64,000 bases of DNA, taken from the human T2T-CHM13v2.0 reference genome, Homo sapiens. The notes below the pieces were generated by a model. That model had not been told where the DNA came from and made no database searches. It was given only the letters and a program-made list of their open reading frames with translations. Made by a program: the position numbers and the translations under genes. Below, in pieces: positions 25,945-36,744 of this stretch (the first letter of the stretch is position 1; each line of letters opens with the position of its first letter). The stretch lies in the NCBI RefSeq assembly GCF_009914755.1, contig NC_060927.1. One strand, written 5' to 3'.

Positions 25945-28304
25945 CTCGAAGTTTAACCGCGTGGCATGTAAATATTTGAATAGAATGTTAGGACAATGAC
26001 CTCACATTATTTCTGAAAATAATAAATAGCTTTTCAATATGTAAATACCTGAAAAGATGGGTAATTACATAATCAGATGTTAAATTAGACTAAAAGTTTT
26101 CAAAAGATTATTCTTGAGTGTAGTCATTTTTTAAGTCATTATCATCTGAAATGATATTTTATTGACCTTTTATGGAGGAGAAATGGAAACATGAAGACAA
26201 AATGACTCAAAGCAATTATTGGTATCAGGATCAGTGATTATATCCATCACGGGGAAAAAATTTATTTAAACAGGAAATTTTCCCAGAAGTCTCTGTTTTC
26301 TTTTGGAAGATATCTGCAGTTCATTCGGAATTAGCTACTGTCTATAAGTCCCTGAAGGATTATAGCTTGTGCAGCAAGTTTAATTGCAGAATTTTAAAAA
26401 ATATATCATGAGATTCTTCAAAATCTTTTTAAATTTGTAAGTAAAAATAACGAAATAAAACTGTTTTTCACCTGCTTTCCTGATTAGAAAACTGCAGTTG
26501 ATTTTAAAAGAAGTTATCCATGTCAAAAAAAAAACTTTAGCGTTTAGTGATTTATATAGTACCTTAAAAATATGTGCACCTTTAATGACAAATCAACTTA
26601 AAAGTTTAACATGAAAAGTTTAACAAAGAGATCTTCATTTTACAAGTACTTTTTAAAATGTCTCAGTAACCATTTACATTTGAACACTGAACCTTTAAAA
26701 AGCTGAAAGTAGATTCTCTATAAAACAGCAGTCGTTGAGTTTGACTGATAGAGCATCATTTTCTAACCTATCCTTTATCCATTTAGGATATTCCTGCTAA
26801 GCTAAAGCTGTAAGAAACAACACAAACAAAAGCTATTTCCTCTCTCCACCCCCAAATGACTTTTTAAGCAGAATGTTAGCCTTCTCCCACAGGTCCTCCC
26901 ACTGGTTGTCCTCCTCATCTTTCACAAGAGGATGTCAATCCTCCCCAGCTCAGAGTTTTTTTTAGTGTAGGGTTTTGCACTTAACTACATAGCTCCACCC
27001 GAGGCCTCCACAGGGAGTATAACTATCTGCTGTTCAATACCTTTCTAAAGCCTGGCCTGGAGACAAAATAATAATGGAGGATTGACTGGAAGACGTGGTG
27101 CAAACATTCCTTCAGGTGCTTTAAAATCTATCCCCAATGAAAGGCCGTGCAACTGGTTCCTTGCAGAACTGCTCTTACCCGACTGTGCTGTTGTGGGATC
27201 CCAGCAGCCTTTACTGGGGACCAGAATAAAAAACAGCCCATGAAACTGCTTCCTGGAAAAGAATGGTTTAGAAGAACACATTGGTGGAATTCCTTCCTGG
27301 TATCAGTACTGAAAAAAGTCAATGCCACTTCTGAACAATGAGATTATTCCTTACAGGCAGGGCAAGCTATGTATCTAATCATATATCCTTCTCTGAATTG
27401 GCAGCTCTCAGGCAGAGCCAAATATCCAGTCTACTTCTACCACATACTGTGTGTCTAAGCTCACTAGACCTGTTTGTTCTATTTCCCTTTCACCTTACTC
27501 TCCTTACTTGTTCATTTATCTTACCTGTTTATAAGTCTCATTAAATCCTTTTAGGAATAAAGCAGGTATAAAATGGTTTGAGTTCTATGTAAGCAAGAAT
27601 TACTATATACATAAAAAAATCTGCTGGGTTCATGAGAGATACTTTAATCTGAAATCAGTTTGAAAATATGCTTCACGATGCTAATGAGGATCTAACCAGA
27701 GATCAGGCTTCACATAGAGTTTAGATTGAGGATTGTCTTCTTTTTATATAACATTTTACAAATGTAATGTTTTGAAAATACAGGTACATTTAAATGACAG
27801 ATTTTTTTCATATTCCTTTCTTATTTAATTAGAATTTCTTTACAAGTGTATATCTTTAATAAATTTAAATATCTAGTAATATCTATTTAAGAAATAGCAT
27901 TTTTGGAATTCTGTGTGCAATTGACTTGTCATCTATGACTTTCTTATCCCCAACCAGTATCTGAGGTAACCCACAATTAAAATACATATATGCATGTATA
28001 TTATCAGGTAAAGGTAAAAGAGATCAAAAGCTAAGGATAAAATGCTTAACTGTACTCAGACACTAAATTCAGCACTGAGTTTTCTGACATCCAAAGATAA
28101 GAGGGAAACAAAAGAAGTTACAAAGCTTTCTATTTCTGATAAGAGAAAAAAATAGTATTTTTCTTATTGTCCTTATACATACATAATAATACATATATAT
28201 GTCCTTATGTGTACCTATATATAACATACTATTATATACATTAAGTATTATAATGCCCAACTCATCCTTATACATACCTAAAATAAAACCACAAATTCTA
28301 AAAA

Positions 28305-28470
28305 TTAATCTTAGCTGGACATGGTGGTTCCCACTTGTAGCTGTAGCAGCTAAGGAAGCTGAGGCAGGAGAATCGCTTGAGCCCAGGTTACAGTGAACTG
28401 TGATCACAGCACTGCACTCCAGCCTGTGCAACAGAGCAAGACCCTGTCTCTTAAAAAAAAAAAAAAAAAA
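28305..28470 (+). mobile_element. Alu monomer (FRAM/FAM-like)
   Basis: Single right-arm-type monomer with poly-A, about 180 nt upstream of exon 2. Confidence 0.8.
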
Positions 28471-28646
28471 CTTGTTTTATTGAAGAGAGATGTTTTTGGA
28501 CAATATCTTAGTATGCTGTGTTTTGACAGTTTTGTCCTGTTTTTATATATGTTAGAATTAGAATGGGTCCCAGTCAGAAGCTACTTGGAATATATAGGAA
28601 ATATATGACATGCCGTGCTGACTTACAGTGTGTATATTTTTTACAG

Positions 28647-29510
28647 TACACTCCTGATCATGTAGTTGGACCTGGAGCAGACATTGATCCCACTCAAATA
28701 ACCTTTCCCGGATGCATTTGTGTCAAAACTCCCTGCCTCCCTGGCACTTGCTCCTGTCTCCGCCATGGAGAGAACTATGATGATAACTCATGCCTTAGAG
28801 ATATAGGATCTGGAGGAAAGTATGCAGAGCCTGTTTTTGAATGCAATGTCCTGTGCCGATGCAGTGACCACTGCAGAAACAGAGTGGTCCAGAAAGGTCT
28901 ACAGTTCCACTTCCAAGTGTTCAAGACGCATAAAAAAGGCTGGGGACTTCGTACCTTGGAATTTATACCGAAAGGAAGGTTTGTCTGTGAATATGCTGGT
29001 GAGGTTTTAGGATTCTCTGAAGTTCAGAGAAGAATTCACTTACAAACAAAATCCGACTCCAATTACATTATAGCCATCAGGGAACATGTTTATAATGGGC
29101 AGGTAATGGAAACATTTGTTGACCCTACTTATATAGGAAATATTGGAAGATTCCTTAATCATTCTTGTGAGCCAAACCTTTTGATGATTCCTGTCCGAAT
29201 TGACTCAATGGTACCTAAGTTGGCACTTTTTGCAGCCAAAGATATTGTGCCAGAAGAAGAACTCTCTTATGATTATTCAGGAAGATATCTTAATCTAACA
29301 GTCAGTGAAGACAAAGAAAGGCTAGATCATGGGAAACTAAGGAAACCTTGTTACTGTGGTGCCAAATCATGTACTGCTTTCCTGCCTTTTGACAGTTCTC
29401 TGTACTGCCCCGTAGAAAAGTCGAACATCAGTTGTGGAAATGAGAAGGAACCCAGCATGTGTGGCTCAGCCCCTTCTGTGTTCCCCTCCTGCAAGCGATT
29501 GACCCTTGAG
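28647..29510 (+). CDS. SETMAR: SETMAR coding exon 2: pre-SET, SET and post-SET histone-lysine methyltransferase domains plus linker (288 aa)
   Basis: Acceptor TTTTTTACAG|TAC, donor GAG|GTGAGT, 864 nt, phase 0/0. Cys-rich pre-SET (CICVKTPC..CSC, ECNVLCRCSDHCRNR), KGWGL, RFLNHSCEPN, ELSYDY and post-SET CYCGAKSC motifs. Confidence 0.97.
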
Positions 29511-29769
29511 GTGAGTCTGTTCAGTGATAAGCAGCTTGCCCCTCCCTATAGTGGAAGACAGTGGTTGGCTAGCTTTACCTCTGCCTAGTTACATAAGTTT
29601 AACTCAGGAATGTGGCAGAGACTGCAAGTTGTCCATCAGTATCCTTTCCCCTTTCTGTAATAGAATTCTCCATTTAACAAAAGTACATGACTACCCAGAA
29701 TACTCACTTTCCTAGTTAGATTTGTCTTAGTGACTGTTCTAGTTAATAGGATATAAGCAAAAATGACAA

Positions 29770-30065
29770 GTCCTTAAATGGAGATATCCTGCCCTTCACC
29801 TCCTCTTTCTTCCTGCTGGCTGGAATGTATACATGATGACTGGAACTGGAGCAGTCATCCTAGACCCCAGGATGACCCTGGGAAAGGAAGCCATTGCATA
29901 GAAAAATCAACAAGGTTAAAAGGAGTCTAGGTGTCTGGTACTGTAGAACATCCTGTCAGTCGTGATCTGACACCTTTGTACTTTCAGGTGAGAAATAGTC
30001 TCTCCCTTGCTTAAGTCACTGTTATTGTAAGTTTTCTAGCACTAACATCGAACCTAATAATGATC
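29770..30065 (+). mobile_element. MLT1-type (old MaLR) LTR fragment in SETMAR intron 2
   Basis: TTCTTCCTGCTGGCTGGAATG..GCTGGAGCAGTCATC-like motifs and TTGCTTAAGTCACTGTTATT. Confidence 0.55.
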
Positions 30066-31513
30066 CAAGAAACCCTTGTGGCTGCATACCTAAACCCTGC
30101 TTGCCAACCAATTTTAACAGTAATAAAGCTGACTTTTTGATTTCTGTCTGACTCCTGCGTCCTACTTAATTGTTTCTAAGCATGGATCAAGGAAAAAGGC
30201 ATTATTAACTATCACCTGCTAAAACCCTAATAAGTACTACCAGTAGTGAAAAATATAACTATGAAAATGACTTACATGTTGTAACCAAAAGTCAGAAAAA
30301 GAGACACATTGTAAATTTTTCATTTTCATTATATACTTGGCTGTACTCCAAATCTTGTGAAGTTATGCTTCAAAACTTCAAACAGCCTCACTTCATGTAT
30401 AAATAACAGAAAAATAACCCTGTCCACACCACAGAAGGAGACGGGAGTTTTATGATCCCGTTTAAACTTCTAGAGCAGCAAACATCTCTAACTACCTTCC
30501 TTAAAGCAGGGATGTTGCAAAAATACAGTTACTGTGGAGGTTTATCAGACATTTTGAAAGCTAAAATAATTACTAGAGCCCCTATGATATTATTAAGTAA
30601 TTTAATTTCTTCTCTAGTACATTTAAACCCTACCACTAGGAGGCCCTGCACTTTCAACATTATAGGAATCCATGTTATATATAACACTATTCCTCTGTAA
30701 TATAAGTACATTGTACACTTTAAATGAGTGAAATATACAGCGTGTGAATTATATCTCAATAAAGCTAGGTCGTTTTTAAGTATCTTAGGGTTTATAATGT
30801 TCATATAACATTACATGGAATGGTTCCCTGTGAACAAATGGTACTAGAGTACACATAAAATGCCCCAAATTACAAATACATAGTATCAAAAATTTTCCTC
30901 CAAATTAATCATTTCTCCATGCCAACTGTCCTCTATTACTTCAATGCCTCTGAAGCAGTCCTGCTTTTAATAAGGCAGCTTGTATCCCTCACTCCAAAAT
31001 GTGCTTTTTCTTGCTCACAAGCTCACCTAATAACTGAGCTGCTTCAGACGCAATATGGAAGTGGTTAGAAGGAAAATGATTGGCTCACCATTTGATTCTG
31101 CAGATACCCTTTTCTATGTCCTTTTGCCTTTCTATATTGAACAGCAGAGATATTCCCAGAGGACAATCTTCCATTCAGAGACAAGGACACAAACAGCCCC
31201 CTCCAACTCAGTGCCTCTGCCAGAGACAACTGACTGAATATGGACCCCTGGAAATTTTTTGTCCTCAGGCACTAGTTTATTATATAGCACTTAATCCTAG
31301 AAACCAGATTCCTAAGGTAAGAGTCAAAGAGTCTTTATTCCAAGTCTTTTCTAAGCAGCAAGTTAACTGCATTTGTTTGCTTCATTGCCATATTTTTGAG
31401 AATGTTGACACTTCTTTTGAGAGAAAACATTTAAAAATATACTTCCACTTGACTATTATCCCATGATAAAATAACATTTTTATAAATTATAAGATTCAAA
31501 TTTTAAAAGATGG

Positions 31514-31817
31514 GGCTGGGTGCAGTGGCTCACACCTGTAATCCCAGCACTTTGGGAGGCTGAGGCAGGCAGAACACTTGAGCTTGGGAGTTTGAGACCA
31601 CCCTGGCCAACATGGTGAAACCCCATCTCTACTAAAAATACAAAAATTAGTTAGATGTGGTGGCACATGTCTGTAGTCCCAGCTACTCAGGAGGCTGAGG
31701 TACGAGAATCACTTGAGCCCAGGAGGCAGAGGTTGCAGTGAGCCAAGACTGTACCACTGCACTCCAGCTTGGGTGACAGAGCGAGACTCTGTCTCAAAAA
31801 AAAAAAAAAAAAAAAAA
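31514..31817 (+). mobile_element. AluS (AluSx-like) abutting and truncating the Hsmar1 5' TIR
   Basis: Full Alu dimer whose poly-A runs directly into the TIR remnant AAAAGTAAC; no TSD visible. Confidence 0.92.
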
Positions 31818-31921
31818 GTAACAGTTTTTGCATTGTTGGAATTTGGTATTTGATATTGGAATACATTCTTAAATGTGGTCATGTTATACACCATTTTAAT
31901 GAGCATTTCTTTATGTTTTTT

Positions 31922-31928
31922 TGCTAAT
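31922..31928 (+). promoter_or_regulatory. Candidate branch point for SETMAR intron 2
   Basis: TGCTAAT (YNYTRAY) about 33 nt upstream of the AG at 31959-31960, inside the Hsmar1 5' UTR. Confidence 0.55.
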
Positions 31929-31960
31929 GACATCTTACTTGCTGTTTATGTTTATTTTAG

Positions 31961-32995
31961 ACTATGAAAATGATGTTAGACAAAAAGCAAATTCGAGCAA
32001 TTTTCTTATTCGAGTTCAAAATGGGTCGTAAAGCAGCAGAAACAACTCGCAACATCAACAATGCATTTGGCCCAGGAACTGCTAACGAACGTACAGTGCA
32101 GTGGTGGTTCAAGAAGTTTTGCAAAGGAGATGAGAGCCTTGAAGATGAGGAGCGTAGTGGCCGGCCATCAGAAGTTGACAACGACCAGTTGAGAGCAATC
32201 ATCGAAGCTGATCCCCTTACAACTACACGAGAAGTTGCTGAAGAACTCAATGTCAACCATTCTACGGTCGTTCGACATTTGAAGCAAATTGGAAAGGTGA
32301 AAAAGCTCGATAAGTGGGTGCCTCATGAGCTGACTGAAAATCAAAAAAATCGTCGTTTTGAAGTGTCATCTTCTCTTATTCTACGCAACCACAACGAACC
32401 ATTTCTCGATCGGATTGTGACGTGTGATGAAAAGTGGATTTTATATGACAACCGGCGACGATCAGCTCAGTGGTTGGATCAAGAAGAAGCTCCAAAGCAC
32501 TTCCCAAAGCCAATCTTGCACCCAAAAAAGGTCATGGTCACTATTTGGTGGTCTGCTGCTGGTCTGATCCACTACAGCTTTCTGAATCCCGGTGAAACCA
32601 TTACATCTGAGAAGTATGCTCAGGAAATCGATGAGATGAACCAAAAACTGCAACGCCTGCAGCTGGCATTGGTCAACAGAAAGGGCCCAATTCTTCTCCA
32701 CGACAATGCCCGACCGCATGTTGCACAACCCACACTTCAAAAGTTGAATGAATTGGGCTATGAAGTTTTGCCTCATCCACCGTATTCACCTGACCTCTTG
32801 CCAACCAACTACCACGTCTTTAAGCATCTCAACAACTTTTTGCAGGGAAAACGCTTCCACAACCAGCAGGATGCAGAAAATGCTTTCCAAGAGTTCGTCG
32901 AATCCCAAAGCACCGATTTTTACGCTACAGGAATAAACCAACTTATTTCTCGTTGGCAAAAATGTGTTGATTGTAATGGTTCCTATTTTGATTAA
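31961..32995 (+). CDS. SETMAR: SETMAR coding exon 3: domesticated Hsmar1 mariner transposase (HTH DNA-binding + DD34N domain, 344 aa)
   Basis: Acceptor TTTATTTTAG|ACT ATG and an uninterrupted ORF. WVPHEL (32315-32332), TCDEKW (D at 32426), HDNARPH (D at 32702), YSPDLLPTNY (N at 32807). Spliced total 52+288+344=684 aa. Confidence 0.98.
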   Translation, partial: TMKMMLDKKQIRAIFLFEFKMGRKAAETTRNINNAFGPGTANERTVQWWFKKFCKGDESLEDEERSGRPSEVDNDQLRAIIEADPLTTTREVAEELNVNHSTVVRHLKQIGKVKKLDKWVPHELTENQKNRRFEVSSSLILRNHNEPFLDRIVTCDEKWILYDNRRRSAQWLDQEEAPKHFPKPILHPKKVMVTIWWSAAGLIHYSFLNPGETITSEKYAQEIDEMNQKLQRLQLALVNRKGPILLHDNARPHVAQPTLQKLNELGYEVLPHPPYSPDLLPTNYHVFKHLNNFLQGKRFHNQQDAENAFQEFVESQSTDFYATGINQLISRWQKCVDCNGSYFD

Positions 32996-32999
32996 TAAA
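32994..32999 (+). terminator. AATAAA polyadenylation signal overlapping the SETMAR stop codon
   Basis: GAT TAA TAAAA: stop at 32993-32995, AATAAA at 32994-32999. Confidence 0.75.
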
Positions 33000-33043
33000 A
33001 ATGCGTTGAGCCTAGTTATAATGATTTAAAATTCACAGTCCAA

Positions 33044-33071
33044 AACCGCAGTTAGTTTTGCACCAACCCAA
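33044..33071 (-). repeat. Hsmar1 3' terminal inverted repeat
   Basis: Reverse complement TTGGGTTGGTGCAAAACTAACTGCGGTT vs recalled Hsmar1 TIR TTAGGTTGGTGCAAAAGTAATTGCGGTT (3 mismatches). Confidence 0.9.
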
Positions 33072-33149
33072 TATCTTCATAGATTGAAATATAAATTAAA
33101 ATTGCATTTGAAGTAGATTCCACGGACTTTATTAAGAATGTAGAAATGT

Positions 33150-33290
33150 GGCCTGGCATGGTGGCTTACAACTGTAATCCCAGCACTTTGGGAGGCCCAG
33201 GCGGGCAGATCACTTGAGTCCAATTGTTCAGGACCAGCCTGGGCAACATAGTGAGACCCTGACTCTAATAAAATAATTTTTTAAAAAAAG
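33150..33290 (+). mobile_element. Alu left monomer (FLAM-like)
   Basis: GGCCTGGCATGGTGGCTTAC...GTGAGACCCTG plus A-rich tail. Confidence 0.8.
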
Positions 33291-34374
33291 ATTAAAACAT
33301 GTACCTTGAAAAGCATTTTGGCCCAAGAATAATAACGATCACACTTGAAGAACAAAGCTTTTCTTTAAAAAAATTTTCCTTTAATTTTCAAATTACTATT
33401 CACAAAATAGCAGTGGCTGTTAGATTTTGTTCTTGGCCAAATGGAAAATTTTGCCCTAATTAAAATGTAGTCACTCTCCAGTGTGTTACCATTGAACAAA
33501 TCACTGAACCTTTCCAAGTCAAAGTTTCCTTAGTTGGGAAGATTGAGTTAACACATGCAAAGGGGTTAGAGCAATGCCTGAGTATATAGAAAGTATTCAA
33601 TAAATGTAAATTATTAGTCTTGAGAACTGTCTGTAGGATGTGACCCAAAGTTCTCCCTTCTATTCAGGTGTAATTAGGATATAATGTCCTTCAAATGGCA
33701 GACTTAAAGGGGGAAAAAGTCACTAAGAGGTGACCAGAAGGGTTAGAGCTGAGCAAGAGAGGTTCCTGCCCTGAGCCCTGCATTTTAGAGTGCCTAAGGT
33801 TACATACATACACACACACACGAGTTAAAGAAGACATGGATACCATAACCAGACACATGAGTTAAAGAAGACATGGATACCATAACCAAAGACATTACTA
33901 GGAAAGAAAACTAATACCAATATCCCTTTTGAATACAGAGGCAAAAAAAAAAAGTACTAGCAAATGAAATCCAGCAAGATATCAAAAGAATTATACACTG
34001 TGATCAATTGGGATTTATCCCAGGAAAGCAAGATTGGTTTAACATACGAAAATCAGTAAATCCAGTATATTAATGGGATAATTCACAAAAGATAAATACA
34101 TAATCATTTCCATAGACACAAAGCATTTGACAACCTCCAGTAGCCTTTCATGATAAAAGCAGTGAACAGACTAGAAGTAAACAGGAACTTCTTCAACCTG
34201 AGAAAGGATATCTATGAAGACCCACAGCTAACATCATACATAATGATGAAAGACTGAAAGCTCTTATCCTAAGATATGGAACAAGAAAATGATCTCCAAG
34301 CTCACCACTTCTATTCAGCATTGTACTGGAGGTTCTAGCCAGGACAATTAGGCAGGTAAGAACTTAAAACTCAG

Positions 34375-34680
34375 GGCCGGGTTCAGTGGCTCATGCCTGT
34401 AATCCCAGCACTTTGGGAGGCCAAAGCAGACAGATCACCTGAGGTCAGGAGTTCAAGACCAGCCTGGCCAATATGGCAAAACCCTGTCCATACTAAAACT
34501 ACAAAAATAAGCTGGGCATAGTGGCACACACCTGTAATCCCAGCTACTCCTGAGGCTGAGGCAGGAGAATCATTTGAACCTGGGGTGGAGGTTACAGCGA
34601 GCTGAGATTACACCACTGCACTCCAGTCCAGGTGACAGAGTGAGACTGCCTCTCAAAAAAACACAAAAAAAGCCGTAAAA
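34375..34680 (+). mobile_element. AluS-like element
   Basis: Full Alu dimer. Confidence 0.92.
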
Positions 34681-35000
34681 ATAATAAGACAAATGACCCA
34701 ATTTAAACATGGGCAAAAGGTCTGAATAGACATCAAAAATAAACATGAATGTGAAAATGTGCTCAACATCATTTGTCATCAGGGAATTGCAATTTAAAAC
34801 TATAAGTTATCCCTTAGCACCCACTAGGATGGTAGAAAGCGAAAACACTAAAAATGCCAAAAGATGGCAAGGATGTGGAGCAACAGGAACTCTTCATTGT
34901 TCATTGAAATGTGACATGGTACAGCCTCTTTAGAAGACAGTTTGGTGGGCTCTTAAAAGAGCTAGGCATAGCCTTAGCATTGATCCAGCAATCATGCTCC

Positions 35001-35408
35001 TGTTACCAAAATGACAGGGGGTTCAGTCCTGCTGCTCACCACACAGAATGTCAATCACTGAGACAATGAATGTTGCCATGAAAGAAGTATTTCACTGGGT
35101 GCTGCAGCCAAGGAGAATGGGAGATAAAGTCTCAAATCCCTGACCAACTACAACTGGGGAGGCTTACATAGTGAGGGAAGGAATTAAGGGGGGTAAAGAA
35201 GCAATTATGATGAATGAGGGGGTCTGGCATCTTATTTCGATGTGGTGATCTGGTGAGTTTAAGTCCCTTGCCTGAGGATCAGTTCCCTGAGGGAGGAACT
35301 CAGATGAGACAAATGTAAATTTCAAGTTTTAAGACCTGAAGGGTCAATTTCCATGTGTGTTCCAAAACTTTTAAATGTCATTTCTATGGGACAGTTGGAA
35401 CAGTTTCA
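35001..35408 (-). mobile_element. Solo LTR (LTR47-like) inserted in L1
   Basis: TG..CA ends, near-TSD CTCC/CTTC; splits the L1 motif CAATCATGCTCC|TAGGTATTTAC. Confidence 0.68.
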
Positions 35409-36110
35409 CTTCTAGGTATTTACTGATTTGAAAACTTGTCCACATAAAAACAGCACACACGTGTTCATAACAAGGTTATAATTGGTTAAAACTTGAAGCA
35501 ACACACATTTCTTCAATAAGTGAATGGATAAACAAACTGGTACATCCATATGATGGAATACTATTCAACAATAAAGAAATGAGCTATCGAGCCACAGAAA
35601 GTCCTGTATGAACCTTAAATGCATACTGTTAAGTGAGAGAAGTCATTCTGAACAGGCTGCATACTATATGAGTCCAACTATATGACACTCTGGAAAAGAC
35701 AAAACAATAGAGAATAAAAATGTCAGTGGTTGCCAGAGTTTGAGGAGAGGGAGGAATGAATAGGTGAAGCACAGGAGTTTTTTAGGGCAATGAAACAATT
35801 CTGTATGATACTGTGATGGTGTATACATGACATTGTGTATTTGTGAAAACATATAGAACTTTACTGCACAAAGGGTCAAAATTTTATGTAAACAATTTTA
35901 ATCATTTAAGAAGTCAGGGAATCACAGGAATGCAGACTGTGACAAGAGAACATAACTATTAGTACAAATGTAGGAAACAAACTCAAAAGAGTAGGGGTGA
36001 AAGGTGCTGATCTAAGTAACTTTGGAAATTACTGAAGTTTGTAAGACTAAAGGCAAAAGGAACTGCAAGTAAGCAGTTCCTAGTTGATACAAGTTGTTTC
36101 CCATGGGGGT

Positions 36111-36744
36111 TATAGGGAAGCTTAAACATTCCCTCTGGAGGTTTGATAATTAAGTCTGCTGAAATGAACTGACAATAAACAGATTAAGAAGAGAAAGACC
36201 ATTTTAATTACATACATGCAAATGGAAGCCTCAGAAAAATATGAGACTCAAAGGAGGAGGCAGATGGTTGAAGGTTTCATAGCATAAAATGAATAGGGGC
36301 TTGAAGGGGAGGTGATGACAGTTATGAGAGGAAAAGGAGAGGAACTGCATGGTGAACAAAGATTGTCTTATGTAAATAAAGTCTCTCAGGTCATAAAAGT
36401 TGTTTAGGAGTTTTTTATTGCTGCTGAAGAATAGGCAATAGCCTGTTTTGGTGTGGTGACAACTTTTAATCTCCTCTGGTGATAAATCTTTCCTGGTTGT
36501 TTGATGAAATTCCTAGGGAGGAGTCTCAACACAAATGTATTCCTTTTGGAAGAACTTCCCTCAGTCAGAGAAGGGAACTTCAGGAGAGCCCCTCCCTGCA
36601 CTTATGGGAGTAGGGTGAGAAACAAGAGAAAGCCAGACAGGCCTCCATGGGGGCAGCTTCTAAGGCCTTTCAATTTCCTTTAATTCTAAGTGCTCAGCAT
36701 GTTAAAGGACCATACGTTGGGGTATCATTTTCTGAGCCTTAACA
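36111..36744 (-). mobile_element. MER34/MER39-group solo LTR
   Basis: Minus-strand start TGTTAAGGCTCAGAAAATGATACCCCAAC; near-TSD GGGT/GGAT. Confidence 0.65.

Larger units (their letters stand above)
31814..33073 (+). mobile_element. Hsmar1 mariner transposon copy (5' TIR truncated, 3' TIR present, TA at right end)
   Basis: 5' TIR remnant AAAAGTAACAGTTTTTGCATTG right after the Alu tail, mariner transposase ORF, and 3' TIR AACCGCAGTTAGTTTTGCACCAACCCAA (33044-33071) followed by TA. Confidence 0.93.

Noticed and set aside
28563-28646. N-terminal part of the 341-aa ORF (MGPSQKLL...VYFLQ)
   Set aside because: Intronic open frame upstream of the canonical acceptor at 28646; the real N-terminus comes from exon 1.
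31957-32776. Antisense ORFs over the transposase exon
   Set aside because: Shadow frames of a real coding sequence with no recognisable domains.
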